Translations under genes and position numbers: made by a program | Shown: in pieces, positions 37,210 to 51,509 of the stretch | How the letters are laid out: each line of letters starts with the position of its first letter | Numbering within the stretch: the first letter of the stretch is position 1 | Origin: Eledone cirrhosa | Taxonomy: Eukaryota | Direction of reading: 5' to 3' | Length of the DNA stretch: 64,000 nt | Assembly: GCA_964016885.1 (NCBI GenBank) | Contig: OZ024741.1 | Location: forward strand, 333,994,001-334,058,000 | Notes under the pieces: generated by a model | The model's database searches: none | Told to the model about the DNA's origin: nothing | The model's input: the letters and a program-made list of their open reading frames with translations, nothing else

Positions 37210-37925
37210 GGTCATGCTGGTAACTCAAGAAAAAGCACCCAGTCCACTCTGTAAGGTGGTCATGCTGGTAACTCAAGAAAAAGCACCCAGTCCACTCTGT
37301 AAGGTGGTCATGCTGGTAACTCAAGAAAAAGCACCCAGTCCACTCTGTAAGGTGGTCATGCTGGTAACTCAAGAAAAAGCACCCAGTCCACTCTGTAAGG
37401 TGGTCATGCTGGTAACTCAAGAAAAAGCACCCAGTCCACTCTGTAAGGTGGTCATGCTGGTAACTCAAGAAAAAGCACCCAGTCCACTCTATAAGGTGGT
37501 CATGCTGGTGACAACAAAAAGCGTCCAGTCCATCCTGAAAAGTGATTGTCTGGGTGCCATAATAAAAAGCACCCAATCCACCCTGTAAGGTCATCATGCT
37601 GGTGACAGCAAAAAGTGTCCAGTTCATCCTGTAAAGTGGTTGTGTGGGTGCCACAATAAAAAGCACCCAGGGGTCACACCATAAGGTGGTCATACTGGTG
37701 ACAACAAAAAGTGCCCAATTCATCCTGTAAAGTGGTTTTGTTGGTCCCATGATAAAAAGCAGCCAGTGTACACTATAACGTGGTTAGTATTAAGAAGAGC
37801 ATCCAGCTGTAGAAACCAAGCCAAAATACAGATCCATGGTCTCCAAACCAAACTTGTCTCATAATATGACAACCTCTCTAACCCATGCAAGCATGGAAAA
37901 ATGGACATTAAATGATGATGATGAT
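37210..37925 (+). repeat. 48-bp tandem repeat (6 near-perfect copies plus degenerate ones) running into an RTE-tailed SINE 3' end
   Basis: Unit GGTCATGCTGGTAACTCAAGAAAAAGCACCCAGTCCACTCTGTAAGGT; the region ends aacccatgcaagcatggaaaaatggacattaaatgatgatg. Confidence 0.9.
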
Positions 37926-38031
37926 GAACACACATGCATGTCCCGTAGACATTAGAAACATTGGGGAAATTTAAATTTGGAATGTAGTTATCCTAATGGA
38001 AATGACTATAACAATAGTCAATCACAATAAA

Positions 38032-38195
38032 TAATTGTTTCTACTTTTTGGTATAAGGCCAGCAATTACCCAGTGCATTACTGGTACTTTATTTTATCAA
38101 CCCCCATAAGGATGAAAGGCAAAGTTAACCTCGGCGGGATTTGAACTCAGAATGGCAAGGGCCGTAACTCTATGCGTCAAAGCATGGCGTCCAAT
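38032..38195 (-). mobile_element. SINE family A copy
   Basis: Diagnostic motifs as in the other family A copies. Confidence 0.8.
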
Positions 38196-38547
38196 CACAA
38201 TAAATAATATTGATTCCTCATAGGTGCCTCAGTCCATTTTTCCTGTCTCCAGGTGTACTTTACCTGACTTTCTATATTATTTATATTGATCAACTATTAA
38301 TATAGTTATTTACATTGGGATCAACTGCATTTGAAATACACACAAACACATGCACTTTAATAAGCGTTTTAAGGTCATTATCCATGCTAAAGCAGGAGCT
38401 AGCCTTCCAAGGTCCATGACAAACTTCATACACAACATGGGGTCTTTTTAGAGGCAATGTTTTACAGCCAGAACTGCTTCCTGGTGACAACCCTTTTTGT
38501 CACCTCTTACGAGAGAGAAATGGTGCACCTATTCCAATCCAGATACA

Positions 38548-41500
38548 CTCATATATGTCCATGCCTGAGACTCATACATGTCCATGTCTGAGACTCACAC
38601 ATGTCCATGTCTGAGACTCATACATGTCCATGCCTGAGACTCATACATGTCCATGTCTGAGACTCACACATGTCCATGTCTGAGACTCATACATGTCCAT
38701 GTCTGAGACTCACACATGTCCATGTCTGAGACTCATACATGTCCATGCCTGAGACTCATACATGTCCATGTCTGATACTCACACATGTCCATGTCTGAGA
38801 CTCACATATGTCCATGTCTGAGACTCATACATGTCCATGTCTGAGACTCACATATGTCCATGCCTGAGACTCACACATGTCCATGTCTGAGACTCATACA
38901 TGTCCATGCCTGAGACTCACACATGTCCATGTCTGAGACTCATACATGTCCATGCCTGAGACTCACACATGTCCATGTCTGAGACTCATACATGTCCATG
39001 TCTGAGACTCATACATGTCCATGTCTGAGACTCACACATGTCCATGTCTGAGACTCATACATGTCCATGTCTGAGACTCATACATGTCCATGTCTGAGAC
39101 TCACACATGTCCATGTCTGAGACTCACACATGTCCATGTCTGAGACTCACATATGTCCATGCCTGAGACTCACACATGTCCATGTCTGAGACTCATACAT
39201 GTCCATGTCTGAGACTCATACATGTCCATGTCTGAGACTCATACATGTCCATGTCTGAGACTCACACATGTCCATGTCTGAGACTCATACATGTCCATGT
39301 CTGAGACTCATACATGTCCATGTCTGAGACTCATACATGTCCATGTCTGAGACTCATACATGTCCATGTCTGAGACTCATACATGTCCATGTCTGAGACT
39401 CATACATGTCCATGTCTGAGACTCACACATGTCCATGTCTGAGACTCATACATGTCCATGTCTGAGACTCACACATGTCCATGTCTGAGACTCACACATG
39501 TCCATGTCTGAGACTCACACATGTCCATGTCTGAGACTCACACATGTCCATGTCTGAGACTCACATATGTCCATGTCTGAGACTCATACATGTCCATGTC
39601 TGAGACTCATACATGTCCATGTCTGAGACTCACACATGTCCATGTCTGAGACTCATACATGTCCATGTCTGAGACTCACATATGTCCATGTCTGAGACTC
39701 ACACATGTCCATGTCTGAGACTCATACATGTCCATGTCTGAGACTCACACATGTCCATGTCTGAGACTCACACATGTCCACCTCTGAGACTCATACATGT
39801 CCATGTCTGAGACTCATACATGTCCATGTCTGAGACTCACACATGTCCATGTCTGAGACTCACACATGTCCACCTCTGAGACTCATACATGTCCATGTCT
39901 GAGACTCACACATGTCCATGTCTGAGACTCATACATGTCCATGTATGAGACTCATACATGTCCATGTCTGAGACTCACACATGTCCATGTCTGAGACTCA
40001 CACATGTCCATGTCTGAGACTCATACATGTCCATGTCTGAGACTCACACATGTCCATGTCTGAGACTCACACATGTCCATGTCTGAGACTCACACATGTC
40101 CATTTCTGAGACTCACATATGTCCATGTCTGAGACTCACACATGTCCATGTCTGAGACTCACACATGTCCATGTCTGATACTCATACATGTCCATGTCTG
40201 AGACTCACACATGTCCATGTCTGAGACTCACACATGTCCATGTCTGAGACTCACACATGTCCATGTCTGAGACTCATACATGTCCATGTCTGAGACTCAC
40301 ATATGTCCATGTCTGAGACTCATACATGTCCATGTCTGAGACTCACACATGTCCATGTCTGAGACTCACACATGTCCATGTCTGAGACTCACACATGTCC
40401 ATGTCTGAGACTCACATATGTCCATGTCTGAGACTCACACATGTCCATGTCTGAGACTCACACATGTCCATGTCTGAGACTCACACATGTCCATGCCTGA
40501 GACTCACACATGTCCATGTCTGAGACTCATACATGTCCATGTCTGAGACTCACACATGTCCATGTCTGAGACTCACACATGTCCATGTCTGAGACTCACA
40601 CATGTCCATGTCTGATACTCATACATGTCCATGTCTGAGACTCACACATGTCCATGCCTGAGACTCACACATGTCCATGTCTGAGACTCATACATGTCCA
40701 TGTCTGAGACTCACACATGTCCATGTCTGAGACTCACACATGTCCATGTCTGAGACTCACACATGTCCATGTCTGAGACTCACACATGTCCATGCCTGAG
40801 ACTCACACATGTCCATGTCTGAGACTCATACATGTCCATGTCTGAGACTCACACATGTCCATGTCTGAGACTCACACATGTCCATGTCTGAGACTCACAC
40901 ATGTCCATGTCTGATACTCATACATGTCCATGTCTGAGACTCACACATGTCCATGCCTGAGACTCACACATGTCCATGTCTGAGACTCATACATGTCCAT
41001 GTCTGAGACTCACACATGTCCATGTCTGAGACTCACACATGTCCATGTCTGAGACTCACACATGTCCATGTCTGAGACTCACACATGTCCATGCCTGAGA
41101 CTCACACATGTCTATGTCTGAGACTCATACATGTCCATGTCTGAGACTCACACATGTCCATGTCTGAGACTCACACATGTCCATGTCTGAGACTCACACA
41201 TGTCCAGGTCTGAGACTCACACATGTCCATGTCTGAGACTCACACATGTCCATGCCTGAGACTCACACATGTCCATGTCTGATACTCATACATGTCCATG
41301 TCTGAGACTCACACATGTCCATGTCTGAGACTCACACATGTCCATGCCTGAGACTCACACATGTCCATGTCTGAGACTCATACATGTCCATGTCTGAGAC
41401 TCACACATGTCCATGTCTGAGACTCACACATGTCCATGTCTGAGACTCACACATGTCCATGCCTGAGACTCACACATGTCCATGTCTGATACTCATACAT

Positions 41501-44069
41501 GTCCATGTCTGAGACTCACACATGTCCATGTCTGAGACTCACACATGTCCATGTCTGAGACTCACACATGTCCATGTCTGATACTCATACATGTCCATGT
41601 CTGAGACTCACACATGTCCATGTCTGAGACTCACACATGTCCATGCCTGAGACTCACACATGTCCATGTCTGAGACTCACACATGTCCATGTCTGAGACT
41701 CACATATGTCCATGTCTGAGACTCACATATGTCCATGTCTGATACTCATACATGTCCATGTCTGAGACTCACACATGTCCATGTCTGAGACTCACACATG
41801 TCCATGTCTGAGACTCACACATGTCCATGTCTGATACTCATACATGTCCATGTCTGAGACTCACACATGTCCATGTCTGAGACTCACACATGTCCATGTC
41901 TGAGACTCACACATGTCCATGTCTGAGACTCATACATGTCCATGTCTGAGACTCATACATGTCCATGTCTGAGACTCATACATGTCCATGTCTGAGACTC
42001 ACACATGTCCATGTCTGAGACTCATACATGTCCATGTCTGAGACTCATACATGTCCATGTCTGAGACTCACACATGTCCATGTCTGAGACTCACACATGT
42101 CCATGTCTGAGACTCATACATGTCCATGTCTGAGACTCACACATGTCCATGTCTGAGACTCACATATGTCCATGTCTGAGACTCACACATGTCCATGTCT
42201 GATACTCATACATGTCCATGTCTGAGACTCACACATGTCCATGTCTGAGACTCATACATGTCCATGTCTGAGACTCACACATGTCCATGTCTGAGACTCA
42301 CACATGTCCATGTCTGAGACTCACACATGTCCATGTCTGAGACTCACATATGTCCATGTCTGAGACTCATACATGTCCATGTCTGAGACTCACATATGTC
42401 CATGTCTGAGACTCACATATGTCCATGCCTGAGACTCACACATGTCCATGTCTGAGACTCATACATGTCCATGTCTGAGACTCACACATGTCCATGTCTG
42501 AGACTCACACATGTCCATGTCTGAGACTCACATATGTCCATGTCTGAGACTCACACATGTCCATGTCTGAGACTCACATATGTCCATGTCTGAGACTCAT
42601 ACATGTCCATGTCTGAGACTCACATATGTCCATGCCTGAGACTCACACATGTCCATGTCTGAGACTCACACATGTCCATGTCTGAGACTCATACATGTCC
42701 ATGTCTGAGACTCATACATGTCCATGTCTGAGACTCATACATGTCCATGTCTGAGACTCACATATGTCCATGTCTGAGACTCACACATGTCCATGTCTGA
42801 GACTCATACATGTCCATGTCTGAGACTCACACATGTCCATGTCTGAGACTCACATATGTCCATGTCTGAGACTCATACATGTCCATGTCTGAGACTCACA
42901 CATGTCCATGTCTGAGACTCACACATGTCCATGTCTGATACTCACACATGTCCATGTCTGAGACTCACACATGTCCATGTCTGAGACTCACATATGTCCA
43001 TGTCTGAGACTCACACATGTCCATGTCTGAGACTCATACATGTCCATGTCTGAGACTCACACATGTCCATGTCTGAGACTCACATATGTCCATGTCTGAG
43101 ACTCATACATGTCCATGTCTGAGACTCACACATGTCCATGTCTGAGACTCACACATGTCCATGTCTGATACTCACACATGTCCATGTCTGAGACTCACAC
43201 ATGTCCATGTCTGATACTCACACATGTCCATGTCTGAGACTCATACATGTCCATGTCTGAGACTCACATATGTCCATGTCTGAGACTCACACATGTCCAT
43301 GTCTGAGACTCACACATGTCCATGTCTGAGACTCACATATGTCCATGTCTGAGACTCACACATGTCCATGTCTGAGACTCACATATGTCCATGCCTGAGA
43401 CTCACACATGTCCATGTCTGAGACTCATACATGTCCATGTCTGAGACTCACATATGTCCATGCCTGAGACTCACACATGTCCATGTCTGAGACTCATACA
43501 TGTCCATGTCTGAGACTCACACATGTCCATGTCTGAGACTCACATATGTCCATGTCTGAGACTCACACATGTCCATGTCTGAGACTCACATATGTCCATG
43601 TCTGAGACTCACACATGTCCATGTCTGAGACTCACACATGTCCATGTCTGAGACTCATACATGTCCATGTCTGAGACTCACACATGTCCATGTCTGAGAC
43701 TCACACATGTCCATGTCTGAGACTCATACATGTCCATGTCTGAGACTCACATATGTCCATGTCTGAGACTCATACATGTCCATGTCTGAGACTCACACAT
43801 GTCCATGTCTGAGACTCACATATGTCCATGTCTGAGACTCATACATGTCCATGTCTGAGACTCACATATGTCCATGCCTGAGACTCACACATGTCCATGT
43901 CTGAGACTCATACATGTCCATGTCTGAGACTCATACATGTCCATGTCTGAGACTCACACATGTCCATGTCTGAGACTCACATATGTCCATGTCTGAGACT
44001 CACACATGTCCATGTCTGAGACTCACATATGTCCATGTCTGAGACTCACACATGTCCATGTCTGAGACT
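38548..44069. repeat. 23-bp minisatellite, ~240 copies
   Basis: Unit CATGTCTGAGACTCA(C/T)A(C/T)ATGTC with recurrent variants (GCC, GAT). Confidence 0.98.
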
Positions 44070-44672
44070 AAAACCAGTGTAACATTTATGATATATTCCT
44101 TTATCAATCTCTATTTGTCAAACAGCAGAGAAATACAGATCAATAAAATAATTTATAAAACTGAAATTAGGTAGCATGATTGACTAAAAATCCAGAACAC
44201 TGGGTTGCCTTTTGAATGAAATTTAGTAGATGGAAACTGCTCACACCTCATGTGTGTATATATACATACACACGTCAATACTCATCTTTTTCCATTTCTC
44301 CGAGGGTTCTTAACCCCACTATCAGGTTAAATAATTTTCTTTAATTTCTTTAGTCAAAATATGGCGATGGCTTATATTTATAATTTCAAACTCGCTCGCT
44401 GTTTCGAAAATATTCTTACTTGATATATATATATCTGTGTCTGTCTGCCTGTCTGTGTCTATGTGTGGGCCTATGTGTATGTACGTGTCTGTGTGTGTGT
44501 ATGTGTACGTGTTTATGTCTAGTAACTTAGTTATTTGATAAAAAGAGATTGATAAAATAGGTGCCATACTTAAAAAAAAACATATTGAGGTCTATATAAT
44601 CAAATAAATCATGGTGGTGCCCTATCATGGTCACAGTCTAATTGCCTTGTACACAGAAAAATGTGAGAGAGT

Positions 44673-44714
44673 ATTTTATACATTTCAGAGATTATTGTCC
44701 CCTCATCAGAAAAT
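44673..44714 (-). ncRNA. Hammerhead ribozyme motif
   Basis: TTT-CTGATGA-GGGGA-CAATAA-TCTCT-GAAA-TGTA-TA-AAA. The core is intact but the stems are weak. Confidence 0.45.
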
Positions 44715-44810
44715 CATTGTGATCTAAAATATAGCTATATTCTACCTCATGCTAGACGTATATAGTATTGCTATAATAAGATTCCTTTGCACACTGAATC
44801 ATATAGATAG

Positions 44811-44857
44811 TTACCTTCTGATGAAGAGATAATAATCTCTAAAATGCATAAAGTTAA
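44811..44857 (+). ncRNA. Degenerate hammerhead ribozyme motif
   Basis: TTACCTT-CTGATGA-AGAGAT-AATA-ATCTCT-AAAA-TGCA-TA-AAGTTAA. Stem I 6/7 bp, stem II 6 bp, palindromic ATGCAT stem III, G12 changed to A. Confidence 0.55.
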
Positions 44858-44960
44858 TCTATTATGTTTATCTTTGTACAGGGGATTAATGGAAGATGTT
44901 TGCACTTCATTGACAGCAATAGCTAATTCAATAACTATTATATTTACATTAAATTTTTGC

Positions 44961-44996
<36 letters not shown>

Positions 44997-45265
44997 GTGT
45001 GTATGTGTGTATACACACACTGACATATTTGTTTGTACATGTGCATGTGTGGGTGTCAGTGAATCTATGCATGTATTTGGGCATACTCATATATTTGCAT
45101 AAACAATTTCACATTCTTTCTAAAATATAAACATGAGCATTGTCATATGTACATAATTCTACATGACTTATCAACCTATCTCTCTAGCTACTTCTATCTC
45201 TCTGCCTTCCTGCCACTATGTGACTCTCTCTCTCTTTCTCTCTCCCTCCCTCTCTCTCTCTCACT

Positions 45266-45302
<37 letters not shown>

Positions 45303-45313
45303 TCTCTCTCTCA

Positions 45314-45387
<74 letters not shown>

Positions 45388-45879
45388 GCATCTCTGTCTT
45401 TCTCTCCCTCTCTCTGAATCTATGTGTATGTGTGTCTGTCTCTCTCTCTCCCTCTCTCTGAATCTATGTGTACATGCGTCTGTCCCTCTCTCTCTCTCTG
45501 AATCTAAGTGTATGTTTGTGTGTCTGTCTCTCTCTCTCTCTCCCCCTCTCTATGTGTATGTGTGTGTGTCTATCTTTCTCTCCCTCTCTCTGAATCTATG
45601 TGTACGTGTGTCTCTGTCTCTCCCTCTCTCTGAATCTATGTGTACGTGTGTCTCTGTCTCTCCCTCTCTCTGAATCTATGTGTACGTGTGTCTGTCTCTC
45701 TCTCATTTCTTGAGAGATGCACACACACTTTCACGTGTGTATATGCCTACATAATATCTCTGTTTTTATATCACTCTCATACATACACACATTTATATAT
45801 ATATATATTATTAAAATATAGATATGTACATATATATGTGTATGTATATATGTGTATGTATATATATATATATATCAGT

Positions 45880-46300
45880 ATCATCATCATTTTACGTCCA
45901 CTTCTCCCAGCTTGCAAGGATGTGACGGGAACTGATTCTGGCTTGATTTCTACAGCTGGATGCCCTTCTTAACACCAACCTCATTTACAGTGAGTGCTGG
46001 GTGCTTTTTACCGTGGCACCTGCACGTCCACTTTACAGCGTGGGCTGGGTGCTTTTTACCGTGGCACCTGCACGTCCACTTTACAGCGTGGGCTGGGTGC
46101 TTTTTTGCCGTGGCACCTCCACGACCACTTTGCAGTGGAATAATAGGGACCCCAGTCCTATCATCTTATTTCTATAGCTGAGTAAACTGTAGCAATGTGA
46201 AATAAAGTGTCTTGCTCAAGGAAACAACACATCACCTGGTCTGAGAATTGAACTCACAACCTTTCGATTGCAAGTCAAATGCTCTAACCACAAAGCCATA
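45880..46300 (-). mobile_element. SINE family B, full copy with internal 48-bp repeats and RTE-like tail
   Basis: tRNA head at ~46200-46300, internal gtggcacctgcacgtccactttacagcgtgggctgggtgc repeats, tail ggacgtaaaatgatgatg. Confidence 0.85.
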
Positions 46301-46702
46301 CAAATACATATATATATATATGTGTATGTGTGTGTGTGTGTGTATACATCTGTGTATTTATATATAGTGTGATTTTAATCTCATCCTGTTTTTGTGTTGC
46401 TATTTCCATGTCAGTTGTTCAATATGTTATACGCACACACATACGTACATACATATACATACATACACACACAGCTACTTACACCTACATATTTCTACAT
46501 CTAAGCACAGAGATACAAACACATAGCTACCCACACATGCATATATCTACATAAATGCACATATACAGACACTCACAGATAACTACCTACACATGTATAT
46601 ATCAACACCTATGCACAAACACACACACATACAGCTACCTACACATACATATATGAATAAATGAATTTATGTATATGAAATTCTGAAGAAATGCCACGAC
46701 TG

Positions 46703-46733
<31 letters not shown>

Positions 46734-46961
46734 AAATAACCAATGTGTTAGAGAAGAAAGGGATTATAAAAAGCAAGGAAATATGGTATTTGAATAATAT
46801 TTCTAGATTATATATCTATTCCAGATCTTGAGAATTATAAAACACATCCATATATTCATGTAGCTGTAATTGTTGTCCACTTAAGACAGACAGACAGACA
46901 TATATATATATATGTATATAATACATATTTTAAACATATATATATCATCATCATCACCGTT

Positions 46962-47020
<59 letters not shown>

Positions 47021-47837
47021 GTATATGCTTATATATTTCAATTATAAATGTATGTATGTATGCATGCATACCTATGCATATATGCATATACATATCCCAA
47101 TATATGGATATATCCATATACATACAAATCCCAACACATACATATATATATACACACACATATGTATGCATATGCATATACTAAAATATGAATATTTGTA
47201 CATGTATGTGCAATTGTATCTATATGTTTAATTCATATTTACATGAGTGAGTGTGCTTTTATGTGTATGTGTGTGAGTGTGGGTTTATGTGTGTGAGTGT
47301 GCATTTATGTGTATGTGTGTCAGTGTGCGTTTATATGTACGTGTGTCAGTGTGCATTTATGTGCATGTGTGTAGGAGTGGGTTTATGTGTATATGTGTGG
47401 GAGTGGGTTTATGAGTATGTGTGTGTTTATGTGTCTGTGTGAGTGTGTATTTATGTGCATATGCATTTATGTGTGAGTGTGTGTATGTGTGTAAGTGTGT
47501 ATTTATGTGAATGTGCCAAGTGTGGGTGTGTATGTGTGTGAGTATAAAAAAGTTCATGTGTAGAATTTTTAGAAGATATATATCATGCATAATCATATTA
47601 TTATTTCATAACAAAACTTTAATCTGTTTAAGCATACATAGACAAGAAAAGCATATGGAGCCAGCAATAGACCCTCAACGTGGCAGGTTGACCTCCTAGA
47701 AATAACAGCTATATCACCACCAAATTATGCCCTAATGTCTTTAAAAGAAATAGTCACATGAGATAAGGTAGCTAAAGATACTTCTTGCATGAGATAAATG
47801 ATAGCTATGTTGGTCATGGGTAAAAGGGCTTTGATAA

Positions 47838-48200
47838 TGCACATGGCCTAGTGGTAATTGTGTTGGACTTATAATCATAATGTTGTGACTTCGATTCCTG
47901 GCCTGGGCTGTGTTGCGTTCTTGAGCAAAAACACTTCATTTCATGTTACTCCAGTATACTCAGCTGAAAATATGTACAAGCAATAGCTGGAGTTTAACAC
48001 TGTGAAAGACTGGCATACTGTGCAGGGGAAGTCTTGTACTTTCAGTCCCTTCATGCTACAGAAACCAGGATAAGCACTGGTTTGATGAGCCTCACTGCTA
48101 GTGATAGACATTGACCTTGAGATGGACTGGTGTCCTGTCTAGTGGGGAGTCTTGTACTCTCAGTTGCTTCACGTCATAGAAACCAGGATAAGCCCCGGCC
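47838..48200 (+). mobile_element. tRNA/CORE-like SINE (diverged)
   Basis: tggcctagtgg..ttcgattcc..ttcttgagcaaaaacacttcatttcatgttactccag. Confidence 0.65.
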
Positions 48201-48519
48201 TGAAGAGACTGTGTCTGAGCTAGTCTAGTATTTCAGTATTCTTCACTGATATTTATATCCTTGGTTGTTATATATTAGGGAAAGATACACACACACATGT
48301 AAGATGTGGTCCCTGGCCAATCTGAGAAGACAGTTTCTCCAATTAAATACTCACTTGGTCAGTGACAATCCATCCAACAAACAACACCTGGAAAAACGAA
48401 TGCATGCTGGTGATTATATATATACTAGCATAATACCCATCAAAATCGAGAGGATATATACATATATATAGTAAATCAGCATGCACTTGAATTCATCAAC
48501 CAATGAGCACCTGTACACA

Positions 48520-49060
48520 TCAAATGGCTCAGATATCGAACTTGTATGTAATTTCAAGTATCAGGGTGGTTACACTAACTCTGACCATGACATGGATGCC
48601 AGGGCTGCTCAATCATTGAGTGTGCTTCACTCTTTGCAGAGGGTGTGAAAGGTGACCATCCTCAAGGACACAAAAACAAGTGTGTTTCTGGTCAGTATAA
48701 AAATTCTTCTTCTACACAGTTTGGAGTAATGGGTGTTGAATGCTGTTCACTGCTAGACACTTAATGGTACATACACTACAATGTTATGCTCAGCATACAA
48801 CATCTCCTAGAGACGTCATCCAACAAACAAGTCTCTGCATGGATCCCTGCTTCACATCACAGATGTTGAGAACCATCATCATCTGGCCCTTGCTGGCCAT
48901 GTCATTTGCCATGATAAAGCTGCTGGAAGATTGCTCCTCTGGATTCCGGATGCAAAGAGACATGTTGGCCAGCCATATATCACTTTGAAATTGATCATCA
49001 AGGTGGACACAGACATAATGGGAGCAGATCTGTGTGCTGCAATGGTTGATTGAGGACTCT
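48520..49060 (+). mobile_element. Highly decayed RTE-like RT C-terminal remnant
   Basis: NFKYQG (cf. FKYLG), AQSLSVLHSLQRV*K, and an LLLHSLE*W-like segment; many stops. Confidence 0.45.
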
Positions 49061-49210
49061 GGAGCTTAAACTTTCTCAAAGCCTCACCACCATCTCAAGG
49101 AATTGGATGACTCAAGAAAAAGAAGATATACTAAAAAAATATTTAATCTTATAATTTCTTGATAACATCCTAAGTTTTCCTTCACCTTCTTGATTTTCAG
49201 TCTTGCACTG

Positions 49211-49265
<55 letters not shown>

Positions 49266-49539
49266 CACACCCTCTGATTATACTATCAGTATCAGTCACC
49301 ACCACTAAATGATCAGAGATCATTCGTAAAATTTTAGGGATAGGTCAGCAGTAAAAAAGGTCAGATGATTTGCTCCTAAGATATATAACTCTCACTCCAG
49401 TCACCACCACAATCATCAATAATTCTAACACAATCTGTTTTTCACACATCTACATTCCATTTTCTTACAAATGTCTGCCTCAGCCATCCCCTTTTTTCCT
49501 CTTTCTCTTCTATTTATAATTATTCTCCACTCGGAAGAC

Positions 49540-49880
49540 CAGTGGATTGGCAGTATCGGTAGAGTGTCACACAACATGCTTTGCAGCATAGAGTTACAGC
49601 TCCTTACGTTCTGAGGTTAACTTTGCCTTTCACCCTTATGAGGTTGATAAAATAAAGTACCAGTAAAGCACTGGAGTTGATTTAATTAACTTTCCCCTCC
49701 CCCAAAATTGTTGGCTTTGTGCCTAAATCAGAAACCATTATTATTCTCCCCTTTACGATCTGAGTTCAATTCCTGCCGAGGTTAACTTTGCCTTTCATCC
49801 TTACGGGGTCGATAAAATAAAGTACCAGTAATGTACTGGGATAATTGCTGGCCTTTTGCCAAAAAGTAGAAACAATTATT
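49540..49880 (+). mobile_element. Two tandem SINE family A copies
   Basis: ggattggcagtatcggtagag..ctttgcctttca..ataaaataaagtaccag..tgtgcctaaatcagaaaccattatt. Confidence 0.8.
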
Positions 49881-50889
49881 ATTCTCCCCACCTCCTAATT
49901 TTTATCTTCTGGGTGGTGGTAGTAGTAAATGCTCTTTATTAAGGGAGAAAACTTCCTAGAGAGACAGATTTCTTGTTTATTTTGTGTGTGTGTGAATATA
50001 TATATATATTGATGTTAAACAAAAATCTTAACAATGCCACTATGACTTCTACCACTTATTCCTAGGAGGGGAAGAGTTCTCAAGTATTTCTTCCAGTGGG
50101 TCATGTCAGAAGCAACCATCTCTAATTGATCCTGCTGGAACCCCCAAGCGAGACCAGCTGTACTCATGGATGTTATCTAACCATCTTGCTCAGGGTCTAC
50201 TCCTGGATCTCCTGCCTGATATCAGAATGAAATTTCTTTAAAGCAGTGTTTCATTCCCAATATAATACATGGCATGGTAATGGGAGTCATATATTCCCAT
50301 TTAAATTAAGTTAAGGTGAGTGAATTTATTGTACAATGTCTAATAAGAGAGTATCAATGTTTCTTTCTTTCTTGCAGGTTTTGAACTAATGATCTGTGGG
50401 GCAAGTCTCCGTAAATCTTAATCACTCGGTTACTACAGCAGTTGTGTAGATGTATACAAAGAGATATACTTTTCTACAAATGATACAAGAATATCTGTTT
50501 AACAAGCCAGAAAAACTGCTTTTGTCCATAATGGGTGTCGTTTTCTTCTCTCTATTCTTCAGCCAACAATTCACTGTTGACTGACCTGCTGAAATTGTGC
50601 TTTGCAATGTTTTTATTACAAATGGCTTCTGCTTGATGTTGCATTCATTGAGCTTCTTCATTAATACATATTGTATTTTTATTTACTGACATGCTATGTT
50701 CATTGTTGCTCACACCTTTATTAATATCTCACAGCTACATTTCATGTCACTGCATAATTCACAAGTTAATACTTTCTCTTGCCTCTGATCTCAATCTTTT
50801 ATGTTATCAATAACAGCTATCATTATCATCATCATCTTCGTTGTCTGTCATTTGTTAGATCTCATAAAAAGTTGTTGGAGTAGTAGGAT

Positions 50890-50983
50890 TTTCTTCTTCT
50901 TCTTCTTCTTCTTCTTCTTCTTCTTCTTCTTCTTCTTCTTCTTCTTCTTCTTCTTCTTCTTCTTCTTCTTCTTCTTCTTCTTC
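50890..50983. repeat. (TTC)n microsatellite
   Basis: About 31 perfect units. Confidence 0.97.
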
Positions 50984-51509
50984 TAAGCTCTGGAAAACCA
51001 TAACATTAATTCATAAATCCATAGACACATCATAAATAGTTGCATCTTAGTTCTTTTGAAGAGGATTTAAATATCTTTCCAGCATCAGAGTCAACATTTT
51101 AAATTGTCACCCACAAATAAATAAATGCATTTGCATATAAGAGTTACATGGTGGGAGAATAACTCTAAATACAGATTTTTTTTTATCAACAAATACTAAA
51201 ATACTAAGAATTATCGACAAACTATTTTGTTTTCAGTCTGTGATCTTCAAAACCTTTGTGGGGAGCTGGGTCACTGATATCAAAGTTCTTGTCACTATTG
51301 GTACATTGTTCCATTTGTCTATCAGATGATGCCGTAAGGGTGCTTGATTATTCTTGCACCTTAGCCTCGCTATCACCCAAGGCAATGTTTTGAGTGTGTT
51401 GACTTGTCTAAAACCTTAAAGGGAAACTCCAGCACCTCTGGTTGTAGTGTGTGATTGACTGTGCAGGTCTTTTCTCCCCCATTTTTTCTTTTATTATCTT
51501 CCCCAAATT

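Noticed and set aside
36815-37588. 257-aa Pro/Thr-rich ORF with VMLVTQEKAPSPLCKV repeats
   Set aside because: It is built from a trinucleotide tract plus a SINE-derived 48-bp repeat whose length is a multiple of 3; no evidence of a gene.
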